From: Parasitella parasitica NRRL 2501
Lineage: Eukaryota; Fungi; Mucoromycota
Reading direction: 5' to 3'
Length of the DNA: 64,000 bases
Assembly: GCA_025201805.1 (NCBI GenBank)
Contig: MU619239.1
Span: 3,429 to 67,428 of the forward strand
The notes below the pieces were generated by a model. The model saw only the letters and a program-made list of their open reading frames with translations. It was not told the DNA's origin and ran no database searches. The translations under genes were made by a program, and so were the position numbers. Shown piece after piece: positions 10,100-23,352 of the stretch (its first letter is position 1; each line of letters begins with the position of its first letter).

Positions 10100-11829
10100 T
10101 TATTGCATTTTAGAATGGGGTTCTATTTGCTTTGTGATCGACTCGAGCACAGTCTGAAGGGAAGTCGAATTATATCGTGGCTCTGTGCTCGTAGGGTCGG
10201 TTTCTGCAACGATGCAGCGAATGCCTAATGCCTCCACAGCACCCACATCTACATGGACCATGGAATTTGAGAGATAAACCATGTGTGTAATGTAGGTCGA
10301 TGGGGGCTCATTAGGTACTAGTTCTGGCGGGAATGGAGTCGAGACACAAGGAGCGTTGATGAAAGCACCATTGGCAGGATAGCCCTCCTGTTGGCCGCTT
10401 GCTGTCGAGTTGGAGCTTGATGTCTGCAACTTACCAATACCAGGAGGAGGCCAATGTCTAAACCCATGATCAACCGGCCTACGATAAAAGTCGTTTTGTG
10501 AATGGCCATGTTGGCGCAGGCTCCCAGCCATGGGGTCATCTTCAGCATGTGTATCGTAGTACTTTCTGCGAGCGTCAATCAACTGACTCTCATTTAATGC
10601 ATTGGTGATCGTGCCTATGAAATCGAGGGCGGTGTAACCATCTGTTTCACGATCTGTGGTTCCATTCAGGATGAGAATTTTGTGTCGCAATGAAGGCGAA
10701 TGGGCAATAGCATGGCCTACTTTTCTCAGAATCAAACATGGCAGAATAGAAGTGTACAGCGAACCAATAGAGTAAACGAGATCCGTGCGTTTGGTTAAAT
10801 GGTCCAGGATTTTGGGGTTAGGGAGAGGATATATTTCCTGGCCGTATTCGTTCATGTAATATATTCTGGCAATAGCGGCAGACATTTTAGCTTCTGTTGA
10901 TTTACTGAAAATCAGGTTACTATTCACTTGATCATTGTCTAATTGAGGCGAGTTCGGAAGCGCTAATTTGGAGAATGCGTCAATGGGATTCATTGATTTG
11001 GTGCAGCTCTGGTTCAGTCCCGGATGGCTGATTTCACACTGACCACGCAGTGTTTGTCCATCTTCCAATAGCGCAGCAATTGCAGCAGTGTGATTTGTGT
11101 TGATGACAGGCAAAACGTAGGTTGGCTCACGAATAGCAGTAATCGACGAAAACAAGAAAATAGCTGCCTCCAACGACCCAAAGAACAGCCTTGCGCCTGT
11201 TAGAAAGAAATTGCCAATGGATCCGTTACGAAAATTAAAGTGTTTGTGAGCTCTTTTCAGAATTTCAAAGTTGAACAAAACCAAAAAGCCTCTAATCGTT
11301 TCTTTCTTTTCGATGGAAATTCTCTCCCATAGCCTAAGAATGTTTTTAGTCATGACTTTGCATTGTAGCTATCAGCCGAAAAAAAAAGGCTTGTACCTGT
11401 GGCGCCCTTCCACAATCATTGCCCATTCATCTCGAATAACATTTTCGTCACCTATCGAAGTCAACCGGTAACTCAGCAACTCTTTAATAGCAACTCGTTC
11501 ATCAGAATCATGTCCATCTACGTTGATCAAACGAGTGAGACGAGAACGAAGATCACCGATACTAGGTCCTCCTAAAACTCTTAGCAATTCGCTCTATATC
11601 TTTGAATTAGCTTTGTTTGCCTTTATCGTACAGTATATACAGCATAAATTACAGTCGAGCCGCCATTGTCAGAAACACCTAATACGTAGCAAACACTGGG
11701 AGTTATCGACTGAAATGCGGTTGCTAGGGAAATACATTATGGATCAAGTAGTTGCAGTTTAGTAGCATTCTTACAGATAAAGTTACAGGCAGATCCTCCT
11801 GAAAACACTACAAATGATGAATCAGGCAT
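10100..11829 (-). CDS. CofD-like / UPF0052 (YvcK, YNL011C-like) family protein, multi-exon
   Basis: MPDSSFVVFSGGSACN, VLGVSDNGGST, GGPSIGDLRSRL, FNFRNGSIGNFFLTGARLFFGSL, RGQCEISHP, YSIGSLYTSILPCL, LNGTTDRETDG. Confidence 0.88.
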
Positions 11830-12036
11830 AGTGTGGATGCGAGAAAAGAAAAATGCATATGATCCGCCAGCAAATGCTCCTCTTTTTGTACAGGCTTTGG
11901 TTTAGACCTGCGCTCACACAGTCACCACAAACAAACGGAATATGTGCTTAAAACTAACAGGAAGCCACACTAAAACAGACGTGGAAATACACTATAGTTA
12001 CGGTATGCAAATGAACTTTATTTACTATTAATGTAA

Positions 12037-12623
12037 TTATCCAAACATGTCATTATAGCCCTACGTAAGCAATGTAAATCATATTAGTGTTGGAATCAAT
12101 CCAATTGTGCTTCATATTGACTTACAGGTGGCTGGAGCTCATCGTTATCTGGCTCCCCACTGTGAAATCCTCTTGGATCTCTTCTGCCAAGCCTGTTTCC
12201 AGATGGGGGTCTAACAGGTAAACTACCAAACGGCCCAATAGGGTCAAAACGTGCGCCAGGTGGCACTGATCCTCTAATACAAACCATGTCGTGTCAATTT
12301 GTGTTTGATCAAGAGCTACAAAAATCCTACCTTGGTAATGGTTCAGGTCCACCAAATAAGCCTGATGGATCGTGAAGATTGTCACCACCACGATTTCCGA
12401 ATATAGGATGACCAGGACCAACACGCATGCCTCCTCCTCCTCCCAGCCCAGAGAGCGGATTCCAATCCGATCTGCCAACATCAGGGAATGCAGGATCGTC
12501 AGTTGAGCCAAAAATAGGCGGTTGTGTTGCTATGTTTGTATTTGGAATCAAAGGCTCTCTTACAGGTGGAACTGCGGATGTATTTGTAGTAGTTGTAGTA
12601 GCAGTAGTGGATGAGCCGCTGAA

Positions 12624-12654
<31 letters not shown>

Positions 12655-13338
12655 AATATGATGTCAAGCAATGCTTCTTTGTGTTATTTTACCTGTTGCT
12701 TTCATCTTCATATCCAGGCTTGTTCAATCCAGGAATCAGACGCTGCAGAATATTCAATTTGTAGGCCATGATGAAATCATTGAAGCGGGTCGAAGAAATA
12801 AATCCGTGGATCAAAGGCTGGTCTGATGTGGATGCGTTGTATGGAAAGAACGAATTTGAGGTGTAGTCTTCAATTGTGATTTCGAATGTAGCCGTCTTGT
12901 TGTCCTGGACAAAACGTATTAGACGCACCCTCTTTGCTCAAAAAAGAGCTCTTTTCCTTACCCCGATGCCCAAACCCAGAATGATGCATTTATCAGCCAG
13001 TCTGACAACCTTGATCACAAACGTCAGACTAGACTGCGGATGACTATATCTGAAATTATAACAATGCGGTCCTTGTTGATTCCAACCATCTGGCAGCCTT
13101 TTTAAAGAACCGTCTCCTTCTAAAAAGGACATTAGTGTTTGCTATTTGTCACCTACAATTGGTACCTACCTTGGCATGCGTCGTCGCCAAGTCCAGCAAA
13201 ACGGAAGCCGACATTTATCATAATGCTATGACATGCAGCAGCTATAGCGTCGTACGGGGTGGACAACGTTGGCGTGTTTTGGCTTGTAGAATGAATGATC
13301 GAAGCCGGATCCAATACGTTCTTTTCTTGTTCAGACAT
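12037..13338 (-). CDS. Proteasome inhibitor PI31 (PSMF1/Fub1-like), multi-exon
   Basis: FP domain (AAACHSIMINVGFRFAGL, YNFRYSHPQSSLTF, LIPGLNKPGYE), GGGGGMRVGPGHPIF, VPPGARFDPIGP, GEPDNDELQPP; C-terminus GYNDMFG. Confidence 0.9.
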
Positions 13339-13598
13339 GTTATGAAGAGATAAAAGGAAAAAAAAAAAAAAAAAACCAATCAGTCTGTATTTGCATATAA
13401 AACCATCATGATGAAACGTGACGTTTGCAGGAAACCGTTCGAATTTGGATACAAGGAAAAAACATCCTCCCCTCCCCCCATTGTAATTTCTTGGGACTTA
13501 TGGAATGGCATGTGGTTTATTTCTTATTCAACAGCCCGTTTTATCTACCGTATTTAATCTCTCTCTTAAAGACTTGGAAATCTCGCTTTTCCTCTCTC

Positions 13599-13660
13599 CT
13601 TTTTTTTTTTTTTTTTTTTTTTTCTTTTTTTCCCTTTTTTTTTTTTTTTTTTTTTTTTTT
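13599..13660 (+). repeat. Poly-T / pyrimidine tract upstream of the 13750 ORF
   Basis: ~60 nt of almost pure T. Confidence 0.9.
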
Positions 13661-13749
13661 ACTCATTTCAGACTGATATACTCGTACCATTTCACATCAT
13701 CCCCTACTACCACCACCACCAACAACAACAGCATCGTATTCAAGCCCCG

Positions 13750-14997
13750 ATGACCAGTGCATTCTCTGTGATGTCCTTGAAGAGGAACAGATCAACTGGT
13801 ACATCCAAAGCACACAGTGCTGGATCATCTGAGCCTGTTAGTAAGCTATCACGACTCAAGTCAGGGCTGAACATATTCTCCAAGATTTCAGGCGCAATCG
13901 CACAACATCAGCAAGACAGCAAGTTCAACAGCTATACCAAACGAACCTCATTCATAGGAATTTTACAATATTTCCGTAATGACCAAGACGTCAAGAATAA
14001 GTCTTGCCTCAGACGTAAAGCAACATATGACAGCGATGGGTACTATGAATATCACCACTACCATCGCAAGTTGAATACAAAACAAATGAACGCTCAACAG
14101 GTGGAAAGAAATAATCATACAATGCCCGCTGTGCAAACAAGAAAATTAACCAGTATATTAATAAAGCAGGACGGCACAGCCTCGATGAACCAGCAACCAC
14201 ATCTCCATTATCTCGGTCAACCGCCTCTGACCAAAGTCGGCTCCAGAAGATCCAACGCAACACATGTATCGACATCCAACGTTACCATCAAGTCAGAGGA
14301 TCTTACTGCCAAAGAGTTTGCAGACATGGCTGGCATCCGCATCTTGTCCGAAGAAGAAGACGACGATGAGGAGGAGCAGGAAAGATACGATGCTGATCCT
14401 GATGAGCTGATTGAAATTGAACGGAAATTTAGTAGTGGCACGTCCACAGACGAAGATGTACACATGCATACCGTGTCGACCTCAAAAAGCTATCTGGACT
14501 GTCTGGATGAGCACCATCGGTTGTCAGTCATTAGCTACGTGTCTATGCAAAGCTACTCTACCAATAGCAAACCAAAAATATGGGATAACGAGTTTTGGCT
14601 AAACCCGGACGAACAGCATCACTATCATAGCAGCAGAATTAGCCGAAGTAATAGCACTGCTACGCATCGGTCAGCAGCAACTCTATCGAGCGAGCCAGCA
14701 CCGAAAAAGCGTCTAGACCGAAAGCCAAGTACGTTAACTGTGGTTGAACCACCTATTTTGCATGAACTACGTACCAGAAACAACGAGAAAAAGGCAGACC
14801 AAAATAGCCATTGTGTAATAAAGAAAGGCCGTTTTGAGATTCATCTAGGTGATGGAAATCCAACATCTGGCGAATTCTTGTCTGTAATACCGACACCAAC
14901 AGCGAACGACAATACTAATACCACCAAAAGCAGCGATCCTAATCAGCAGACCCCAAATGAAGGCGTTTTGGAATGGAAAAGGAAAAGAAAAGACTAA
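13750..14997 (+). CDS. Hypothetical low-complexity protein, 415 aa, single exon
   Basis: Long ATG-initiated ORF; short conserved-looking islands (LTAKEFADMAGIRIL, KPKIWDNEFW, VIKKGRFEIHL); basic C-terminus WKRKRKD; no family recognised. Confidence 0.75.
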   Translation: MTSAFSVMSLKRNRSTGTSKAHSAGSSEPVSKLSRLKSGLNIFSKISGAIAQHQQDSKFNSYTKRTSFIGILQYFRNDQDVKNKSCLRRKATYDSDGYYEYHHYHRKLNTKQMNAQQVERNNHTMPAVQTRKLTSILIKQDGTASMNQQPHLHYLGQPPLTKVGSRRSNATHVSTSNVTIKSEDLTAKEFADMAGIRILSEEEDDDEEEQERYDADPDELIEIERKFSSGTSTDEDVHMHTVSTSKSYLDCLDEHHRLSVISYVSMQSYSTNSKPKIWDNEFWLNPDEQHHYHSSRISRSNSTATHRSAATLSSEPAPKKRLDRKPSTLTVVEPPILHELRTRNNEKKADQNSHCVIKKGRFEIHLGDGNPTSGEFLSVIPTPTANDNTNTTKSSDPNQQTPNEGVLEWKRKRKD

Positions 14998-15756
14998 AGC
15001 TCTGTCATGCCTTACGATTTGTTTCTTTTGTACAATACCACACACATATATATATATCATCATTCATTTATATAGACTCTCTCCTCTCGTTTATACAACT
15101 ATCCGTATATAATACATGGCATTCATATATATATATATATACATATACATAAAACCGCTTTTACCAAAATTTGCATAAATTTGATAATACGGCAATTGCT
15201 TTTCGTTTTGCCATTTTTCACCATTTTGTACAATCATATGACATCAAATTTATGCCAACGAAAGAGTGTAGTTTTTGGATTGCTACCAACAGATAATGCA
15301 ATGCATTGTATTGAGCCCACAGACACATCAATGCATAGCATGTTTAGGCCTCATAGTTAGTTGCACACAAACTATTCGATAAAAGGCCTGTATTTTTGTC
15401 TTTTGTGAAAGAGCATTGATTTTATAAACTATCGAGTTGGTCCTGATTGCAATAAATGCTGTTTTTTTGGTTGTCATTATGTCAGTTATACATTGTATCA
15501 GACAATTTTATATTCAACGGTTAGAGAGTGAGGATCTGGCAACGGAAGCAGCGCTTCCTGGTTGTTGTGTTGAGACGTTGTAGCGATCAGCAATAAATTC
15601 AGGGGTTGACAGGCAGTGATTCCTACCCCTTTAAAAATAAAACAGTTTTTCTTAGGTGGCTGCATCAACGGCGTTCGCTTTTGCAAGATCAAATTGAATG
15701 AATGCGGCAACACAGATTTTCCCCCCGGAAAACTCTTCTTGGGTTAGATTTGTTGT

Positions 15757-15757
15757 G

Positions 15758-15794
<37 letters not shown>
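15757..15794 (+). repeat. Poly-A run (~38 nt)
   Basis: Homopolymer seen directly. Confidence 0.9.
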
Positions 15795-15797
<3 letters not shown>

Positions 15798-16427
15798 ATG
15801 GATTTACAAACATATCAGACAAATCAAATTCTCCAACATGTTGACTATGGATTAATTGAATTATGATGGGCACATATCATTGTGCTTCTTGATATAAGAT
15901 TTTTGAGACAACAGTGGGCTTGTTTAAAGCAGGTCAGTTAAATCAGGACGTTGTTATTTGCATCGCCAGCCATAAAACGGGAAGGGATAAAAAAATAGCT
16001 TTCCAAGGCAATCAAAGTAGCTGTCCCAGGCACAATCGAATTCACATTTATAACGTCTTGTTCACCCTTTTTGCTTTGAAACGCACAAAAATTTCTTTTA
16101 TTTTCACTATTCACAACTTGCCCAAGTGCCGTTTGAACATTCATTGCAGGCCCTTCAAGACTGTATCGGAATGGCTCAATTTATTTCGCTAATTATTTCA
16201 TGCATAGCTAGATTCTACATACTGCAAAAGAGCGTATTTTCTTAAAAAAAAGCCAGTTTATAAGAGGTCTTACTAGATAAAATTTTGCAATATTTTTATA
16301 ATAGTCGTTCTCATTTTTGTAAAAAATAAATAAATGGAATTTTACAACAAAATGGATCAAGTCAATATTATGAGCCCAAAAATGAACAAACAAAAGCAAG
16401 TTTCATTAAATATGACCCTCACCATAA

Positions 16428-17330
16428 TGAAACTGACGACAGAAAAAAAAACTTCAAAGATCAGGAACTAACAAATCTGTGTTGACAACAACAGAGAAGG
16501 CAAACAAGAGTTTTCGCCGCATTAGTGTTGAAAGAGGTGTATGGACAAGTTCAAGAACACTAAAGCTACTTTGGGCTTATGTAAGGTTCGACCACATGGT
16601 GTAGTCCACGGTGAGCAAATACAACAATGAGAGAAGGTTGTTGAGGATGTAAACAGTATAGATAGTGACCAAAACAGGTTAAAGAGACAAGCTGTTCAAA
16701 AAAGACCTGAAAGATTGATGAGCACCTTCGAGCCAATATTTAAGGGAAAGACTCAAAACAGTAAGTTAAGTAATAGCAACTATACTCCTGAGATGGAGGA
16801 AGCAGCTCGTAAAGCTTGAGAGATGGTAAAGGCGATGTTACCAAACAAGACAATACAGTAATTCTCACATTTTCATGTAGAGAAGCGATGGTAAAGCTGC
16901 TAATACCGTGCAAAACAGCAAGAAAGCTCAAGAGTTGAAAGGTAGAGAGGATGACGCCAAGATGTTGCAAAGAATGTCTTTGGAAATAAAACCTCATCAT
17001 AGTGAGAAGGAAAAGGAGAAAGACATAGAAAATGACAGTTCTCTGGTAGGCGCTAATAGTAGTGGGACAATGGAGACTCCCGTTTTCACTTCACCTAGTC
17101 CAGTCATTGGAAAATGACTTTGCTGGGCTCTTATAGCAATCATTTGCTCAACAAAGAAGAAACCAAAAAGAACTCGTAGACGGGTTTGGGAGGTTACAAT
17201 GGGACAATCATCAAGTTCATTGCGATATGGAAGAATTGATGCGTGCTAATGAACAACTGCATCAGGATAATGAATGCTTTTTCGACTATTTACCGATTTT
17301 CTCTCTTGAAAGTGATAGTCAGAAAATAAA
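16428..17330 (+). pseudogene. Harbinger accessory (Myb/trihelix-like DNA-binding) ORF, disrupted
   Basis: Fragmented reading PHG..HGEQIQQ*EKVVEDVNSID..LKRQAVQKRPERLMSTF followed by charged coiled-coil-like segments, with several stops and frameshifts. Confidence 0.55.
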
Positions 17331-17370
17331 ACTGCATCATACTACCATTTTTTTCTTCAAATTGGATCGT

Positions 17371-18422
17371 TTATTCTGTAATATCATTGTAATTTCTGGG
17401 TCTCATTAGTTGTTCAAGATATACTTCGACAGTTGGTGGTGTTAACTTGAACATTGCAGAAACGGGCGATCCATTCATGCAAGTATGAATATTTTTGAAA
17501 ATCGTAGCAAGGACGTATTTTCTTCCAGGTGTTGTTTGCTTTAATTCATTAACATACTTCCATTTGCATTCATTGAAGTACTGAGATACTTTGCCAAATT
17601 CCATTTCAATTGCTACACGTACTTTGGATAAAGACTTGTTTGTTTCTTGTTCAGATTCGTTAGCAGATGACCAGCTGTTCGGAACAACTATGTTACGACC
17701 CCCAGTGTATCTTTCATCACCATAAATAGCATACTTTTTGTCAAGTGAAATGCCGTTGAAGTGGTTCGATAATCTTTCACTTATTTGGCTTTCGTTCAAC
17801 ATTCCTCGATCGTTGCGTCGTCCAACGTAAGGTGCACACAAGCTAGCAGTAATACCATCAGGTATGGAGATTGCCTGAAATTTGTTGCAATGGATGTGTT
17901 TCCAGCCGTTGTACATGTTTTCCTGCACGGTATTACCGATAGGTCGGCATATCTGCTGCATTGTACCGTCGATAAATCCAGCAATATGCGAATAGTATGA
18001 TTCTCTTTCAAAATTTCTTTTGCAAACCGTTCACTGTTTTCTTTTGAGAACTGCCTTTCAAGACCGCGCTTGATTTTTTCAATGATTATTTCAGATGTCC
18101 CGTTCAATACTCTAGATGCGTTGCACTCAGAGACACCAAAGTATTTGCTGGTGTGTACAAGTCTTCGAGAGAAGCTGTGGGTATACAAAAACATGGTGAT
18201 TTTCTGCTTTAAAACACCATTAAATCTGACGATGGTAACACTTAGCAGATGCGCTTGATTTCTCCAAGAATGAAGGGAAACATTGCCTTGCACTTTTCAT
18301 CTGTCAATCCCTCCAAAATCAAACGCTCGTGCTTCTTTACTCTTTGTCTTTTGGTAGATTCACGCATACTTCTAGTATGTAATAAAAGAATCAAATCATA
18401 TTTAATAATATTGCGGTCCATA
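17371..18422 (-). pseudogene. Harbinger (HARBI1/DDE_Tnp_4-like) transposase, frameshifted
   Basis: AGFIDGTMQQICRP, MYNGWKHIHCNKFQAISIPDG, GRRNDRGML, AIYGDERY, NKSLSKVRVAIEMEFG. The N-terminal part is split across three frames. Confidence 0.88.
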
Positions 18423-19650
18423 TTGTAGTAATAAAGGGGAAAAGATGTAATAATTATGACATACAAATTTCCAAATCACGTAATCTCTAAAAGAAATTGT
18501 TGCCGTACATGTTTTAGAAATCTAAAGGTCTCTAAATAAGTCCAAGCAAATTGGTACGAAGTTTTAATGCACAACTAGTGGTATTGTAAATATTGAATTG
18601 AATAGCTCGAGTAAGCTGTAATTAAAGTAAATATCGATTATCCACCAAAAGTTACACATCTTGTATGAAAATTGGAGTTTACATTTGATCGATTTCGCTT
18701 ACTTGACACCTTATACTAGCATATCCCGTTTTCCAAATCAAAGCTCGATTAATAGCATATCCATCAATTTTTCCTTGCATACCCTCAAGCAAAAGCTCGT
18801 TGATATTTCATTACCCTTTTTTTTCTTTCTAGAATTATTATGGGCTCATGAATCAATCAGAAAGGTAGCAATGCAGACTATCAAGGGTGGCCATTTTTAG
18901 TCTTGCAGTCTCAATTCCATGTGTATCTGGTGATTGAAAAAACTTCCATGCATGTTTGTAGGGCCATAGACTTGTTCGTTTAGGCTAATTAACAAGGCTT
19001 ATATTAAACACGTCCATTATTGATGAGCAGGGTCTTTGTTTTGAAATGAAAAGTGGACTGAAAAGCCAGAAAATGCAGCTAATTTTGACATGGAGGTAAT
19101 ATGCATAGGGATTACAAGCCTATCCGCTCAGGCACCACAGCGTAATGTAATTTTATTGTACATGGTAAAACCTTTCCACTGGAAGATGGAATGGTAGATT
19201 CTCCAACAGGGAGTGTTATCAAGGATGGCAACTCTCTTCTCCCTGACCTGTTTCTTTCTATTGTAACATATATAAAGCGAGGTTGTCAAAAAGCTTCTTG
19301 TCTCAAAATGGAAAGTATCTAAAAAGCTAAATGTACGTCCCCCCCCCCTGAATGTCGCTCCTTAATCAATCTGTAAGTGCTTTAATTAACAGAACATAAT
19401 ATGACTATAAGTGATGCCAAAATTGACTTTCGAGTTCACAGTCATATTCAAGTAGTAGCAGATTAAGGAGAGAAACAGACAAGACAGACTGGGATTTTGT
19501 CATTTTGAAGATCTGCTTTGTCCTGCTACGTTTTATCTGCTAATTGATTTACACTGCTTTACCCCTTTACGTTTTATAAAAATAGCCATTTCTCTCACTT
19601 TTTTTATCTTCTTCTTTTTCTCTCTCTAAAACCTTTTCTTTACAACTGCA

Positions 19651-22600
19651 ATGAGAGGCTCAGACGATCAAGATTCATATACATCCTCATTAGGATTAAC
19701 GGTAGCTGCAGCCCCAGAAGCCAGCGGCCCATTAAAGCCTAATTCATCCGCTGAAACGCACATTTTACCACATCTTGATCCAGCAAATCCGTTTGCTTTC
19801 TCGCTCGAGCAAGTGACCAGCATAGTGGATCAAAAAGACTATCAGTTTATACAGCATGTAGGCGGCATCAAGGGCATTGCAAAAGGGCTGCACTCCAACA
19901 TCGAGTCTGGACTTGATTGGAACGAAGATAACCTAGCTTATGTCCGTATGTTTGACCTGCACAACGAAAAGAGCGAGCAAGACGAAACATTCTACCCTGC
20001 TCAGCTGCCATTGTCTACGCAGGACTCGGAAACATTTACGCAGAGGAGACATATATTTGGATCAAACGTACTGCCCAAGGTGGAAGAAGTGACGCTATTG
20101 CAACTGATGTGGGAAGCGTTTCAAGACAAAACGCTGGTAAGCCGCCTGCAAGAAAAACTGAATATCAACGGCATGTTCGCTCATCCCTTTATTTTTTCCA
20201 TTTACAGATATTGCTGACCATTTCAGCCATGGTGTCATTGACAGTGGGTATTTACGAAGACATTCACACAGTAGAGTACGATTCATTTGGAAACAAGATA
20301 CCGGGCTTAAAATGGGTCGAGGGAGTAGCCGTTATCGTTGCCGTTGTGCTGGTGGTGGTGGTTGGCAGTGTCAATGACTTCCAGAAGGAAAAGCAGTTTC
20401 GCAGCTTGAATGCCAAAAAGGATGATCGACAAGTGTCCGTAAGTAGCTACCGCCGCGATGGGATATGACTTCAAACAGAACGACTGATAATCAAAATAGG
20501 CAATCCGATCCGGGAAACATGTGCTTTTGTCAGTATATGACGTTCAAGTAGGCGATATTCTTAAACTTGAGCCAGGAGATATTGTGTGTGCAGACGGCAT
20601 ATTCATTGAGGGACACAATCTCAAATGTGACGAGTCGGCAGCAACAGGAGAGTCCGATGCAGTAAGAAAGTTGCCTTGGGAGGAGTGCTTCCAGTATCAG
20701 CAACAGCAGGAACAGGAACATCGCAACTCGGTCAGCTCGCTCGTTAGTATCTCAAAAGAGGATTTTACCCCTCTCAAAGAGAGGGTCAGCCTCGCGTGTG
20801 ATGAATTTGGAGAGAAACCGGCTGAGCCATTCTTGATTTCAGGGTCCAAAGTCATCGAGGGAATTTGTAGCTACATTGTCACAGCCATCGGCCCCAATTC
20901 TTTTTACGGACGCACACTGATGGCTCTGCGAACCAAAGATGAAAATACCCCGCTGCAAGATAGATTGGACGTCCTCGCTACAGGTATTGCCAAGTGCGGT
21001 TTGGGTGCTGCTGCGTTTCTCATATCCATGTTGCTCATAAGAAGTATCGTGGGATACACAACCGGAATCCTGTCTACGGTCCCTTCCGACATTGTCTCGC
21101 ACATTATGCAAATCCTAATTACTACAGTTACTGTCGTTGTCGTTGCTGTGCCCGAAGGCTTGCCCCTTGCTGTTACATTAGGTAACAAAATAAAATAAAA
21201 TATTATATAGCACACGTTACTAACTATATCACCAGCCTTGGCATATGCTACGCAGAGGATGCTGAAAGACAACAATCTGGTGCGGGTTTTGGCTGCATGC
21301 GAAACAATGGGTAATGCAACCACCATCTGCTCCGATAAAACAGGGACTTTGACGCAGAACAGAATGGAAGTGGTGGCTGGCACATTTGGCTCCTCATTCA
21401 GATTTCTCAAGGACCCACCCTCATCTAGAACAGATCTAGTTGATATAGACCATGTCAAAATCAAGATTCCTCGTGCTGTGCGAAACTTTGTAAATCAGGC
21501 AATGGCAGTAAATTCGACCGCATTTCAAAACACAAATTCTGTAGGCGACAAATCGATCGTCGGCAACAAGACAGAGACGGCATTACTGAATTTCGCCCAA
21601 GACCATTTGGGGTCAGAGCCATTTGAGCTTGTACGTACCTTTTGGGAGATCGAGGCAGTTTTCCCTTTCAGCTCTTCGAGAAAGGCCATGGCAACAGTGA
21701 TCCGCATCCCAACCGAAGGTGCCCCAATCTATCGTGTACATATAAAAGGCGCTTCGGAGCTAATGCTAAACAAATGCTCTCGGATTGTCTCGATGCATGA
21801 TCCATGCTATCTGGGCCTGCAAGCTGATAACAATTACGACATATCAACCCGTACAATGACTGTCGAAAACAGAACCAGAATGTCCAAGATCATACAGAGC
21901 TACGCTACTCGTTGCTTGAGAACCTTGGCAATTTGTTACCAAGATTTCGAGAGCTGGCCAACAAGCACAAAGATCGAGCAAGTGATTGAAAATGGAGAGC
22001 TGACGCTGCTCGGCATTGTTGGCATCGAAGACCCGTTGCGCTATGGTGTTACTGAGGCAGTGTCTGCATGTCAAAGAGCTGGCGTTTTTGTTAGAATGGT
22101 CACTGGTGACAATATGTTGACTGCAAAGTCCATTGCGCGTCAATGTGGCATTTACTCGTATGGCTCAGTTGCCATGGATGGTCCCACCTTTAGAAAGCTC
22201 AGTGCTATGGAACGGTCAGAACTGCTCCCAAGGCTCTCTGTGCTGGCTAGATCAAGTCCAGAAGACAAACGGTTACTGGTGAATGCATTGCGTGACGCTG
22301 GAGAGATTGTAGCCGTTACTGGCGATGGCACAAACGATGGGCCAGCATTGAAAGCAGCAGATGTGGGCTTCAGCATGGGGATTGCCGGCACAGAAGTGGC
22401 AAAGGAAGCGTCCAGTATTATTCTGATGGATGACAACTTTTCTAGCATTGTTCGAGCCATCTCTTGGGGTCGATGTGTCAACGATTCAGTGAAAAAATTC
22501 CTGCAGTTTCAATTGACAATCAATATCACAGCTGTCATGCTAACTATATTCTCTGCCATTGTGAGCAGCAAGCAGAAATCAGTGCTGTCTGCAGTCCAGC

Positions 22601-23352
22601 TACTGTGGGTCAACTTGATTATGGATACATTCGCAGCGTTGGCTTTAGCTACGGACCCACCATCCCCTGATCTCTTGGACAGGCAGCCGGAGGCAAGAAC
22701 AGCGCCGTTGATCAACACTTGCATGTGGAAAATGATCACAGGGCAGTCGACCTATCAACTCGCTGTCATTCTCGTCATGCTATACACTGACATTCTGAAT
22801 CTGAGCCATGACATGGTGACATTGCAGACTGTCATATTCACCACATTTGTCTTTTGTCAGATTTTCAACGAAGTCAAGTAAGTCTATCATTATCGACTGG
22901 AATGCAAATCCAAATTGCTCATTTTATTGCGTGTCAAAAATAGTTGCAGAAGAATAGACAATCAACTGAACATCTTCAAGGGAGTCCTTCAGAACAAATT
23001 TTTCATGCTTATCTTCACAATCAGCATAGTAGGCCAGATAATCATTGTTCAATACGGAGGAACAGCGTTTCAAACTGTACCACTATCCAAGAGCCATTGG
23101 GTGATGTGCGTCCTCATTGGATTAGCGTCCATTCCCATAGGCGTACTGATCCGCTTAGTACCCGACTCACTGTTTGCGGTTTCACATTATAGAAAAACCC
23201 GACTCAGGTCTTTCGCAGACGAAAGCCATTGCGATGCAAAGAATTCATATGAGCTGACTGCCTCTAAAAAGCAATCAAGCCAAAGAGCTCACAATATCAA
23301 AGAGGACCATTACCCATATCAAGGGGGCGCTAATTGGTCGAGAATAGTGTAA
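19651..23352 (+). CDS. PMC1: P-type IIB Ca2+-ATPase (Pmc1/PMCA-like), multi-exon
   Basis: DESAATGESD, VAVPEGLPLAVT, ICSDKTGTLTQN (phospho-Asp), KGASE, MVTGDN, ARSSPEDK, TGDGTNDGPALK, LLWVNLIMDT; introns near 20137, 20439, 21182 and 22878. Confidence 0.95.

Larger units (their letters stand above)
16260..18535. mobile_element. Decayed PIF/Harbinger DNA transposon with two convergent ORFs; ends uncertain
   Basis: Transposase relic on the minus strand plus a Myb/SANT-like partner relic on the plus strand, the canonical two-gene Harbinger layout. TIRs are not convincingly identified. Confidence 0.75.

Noticed and set aside
10100-11829. Horizontal transfer of cofD from an F420-producing bacterial endosymbiont
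   Set aside because: The gene has several spliceosomal introns and motifs of the native eukaryotic UPF0052 subfamily
15757-15794. Poly-A run as a retroposon tail
   Set aside because: No TSD, Pol III boxes or RT relic upstream; long homopolymers are common in this window
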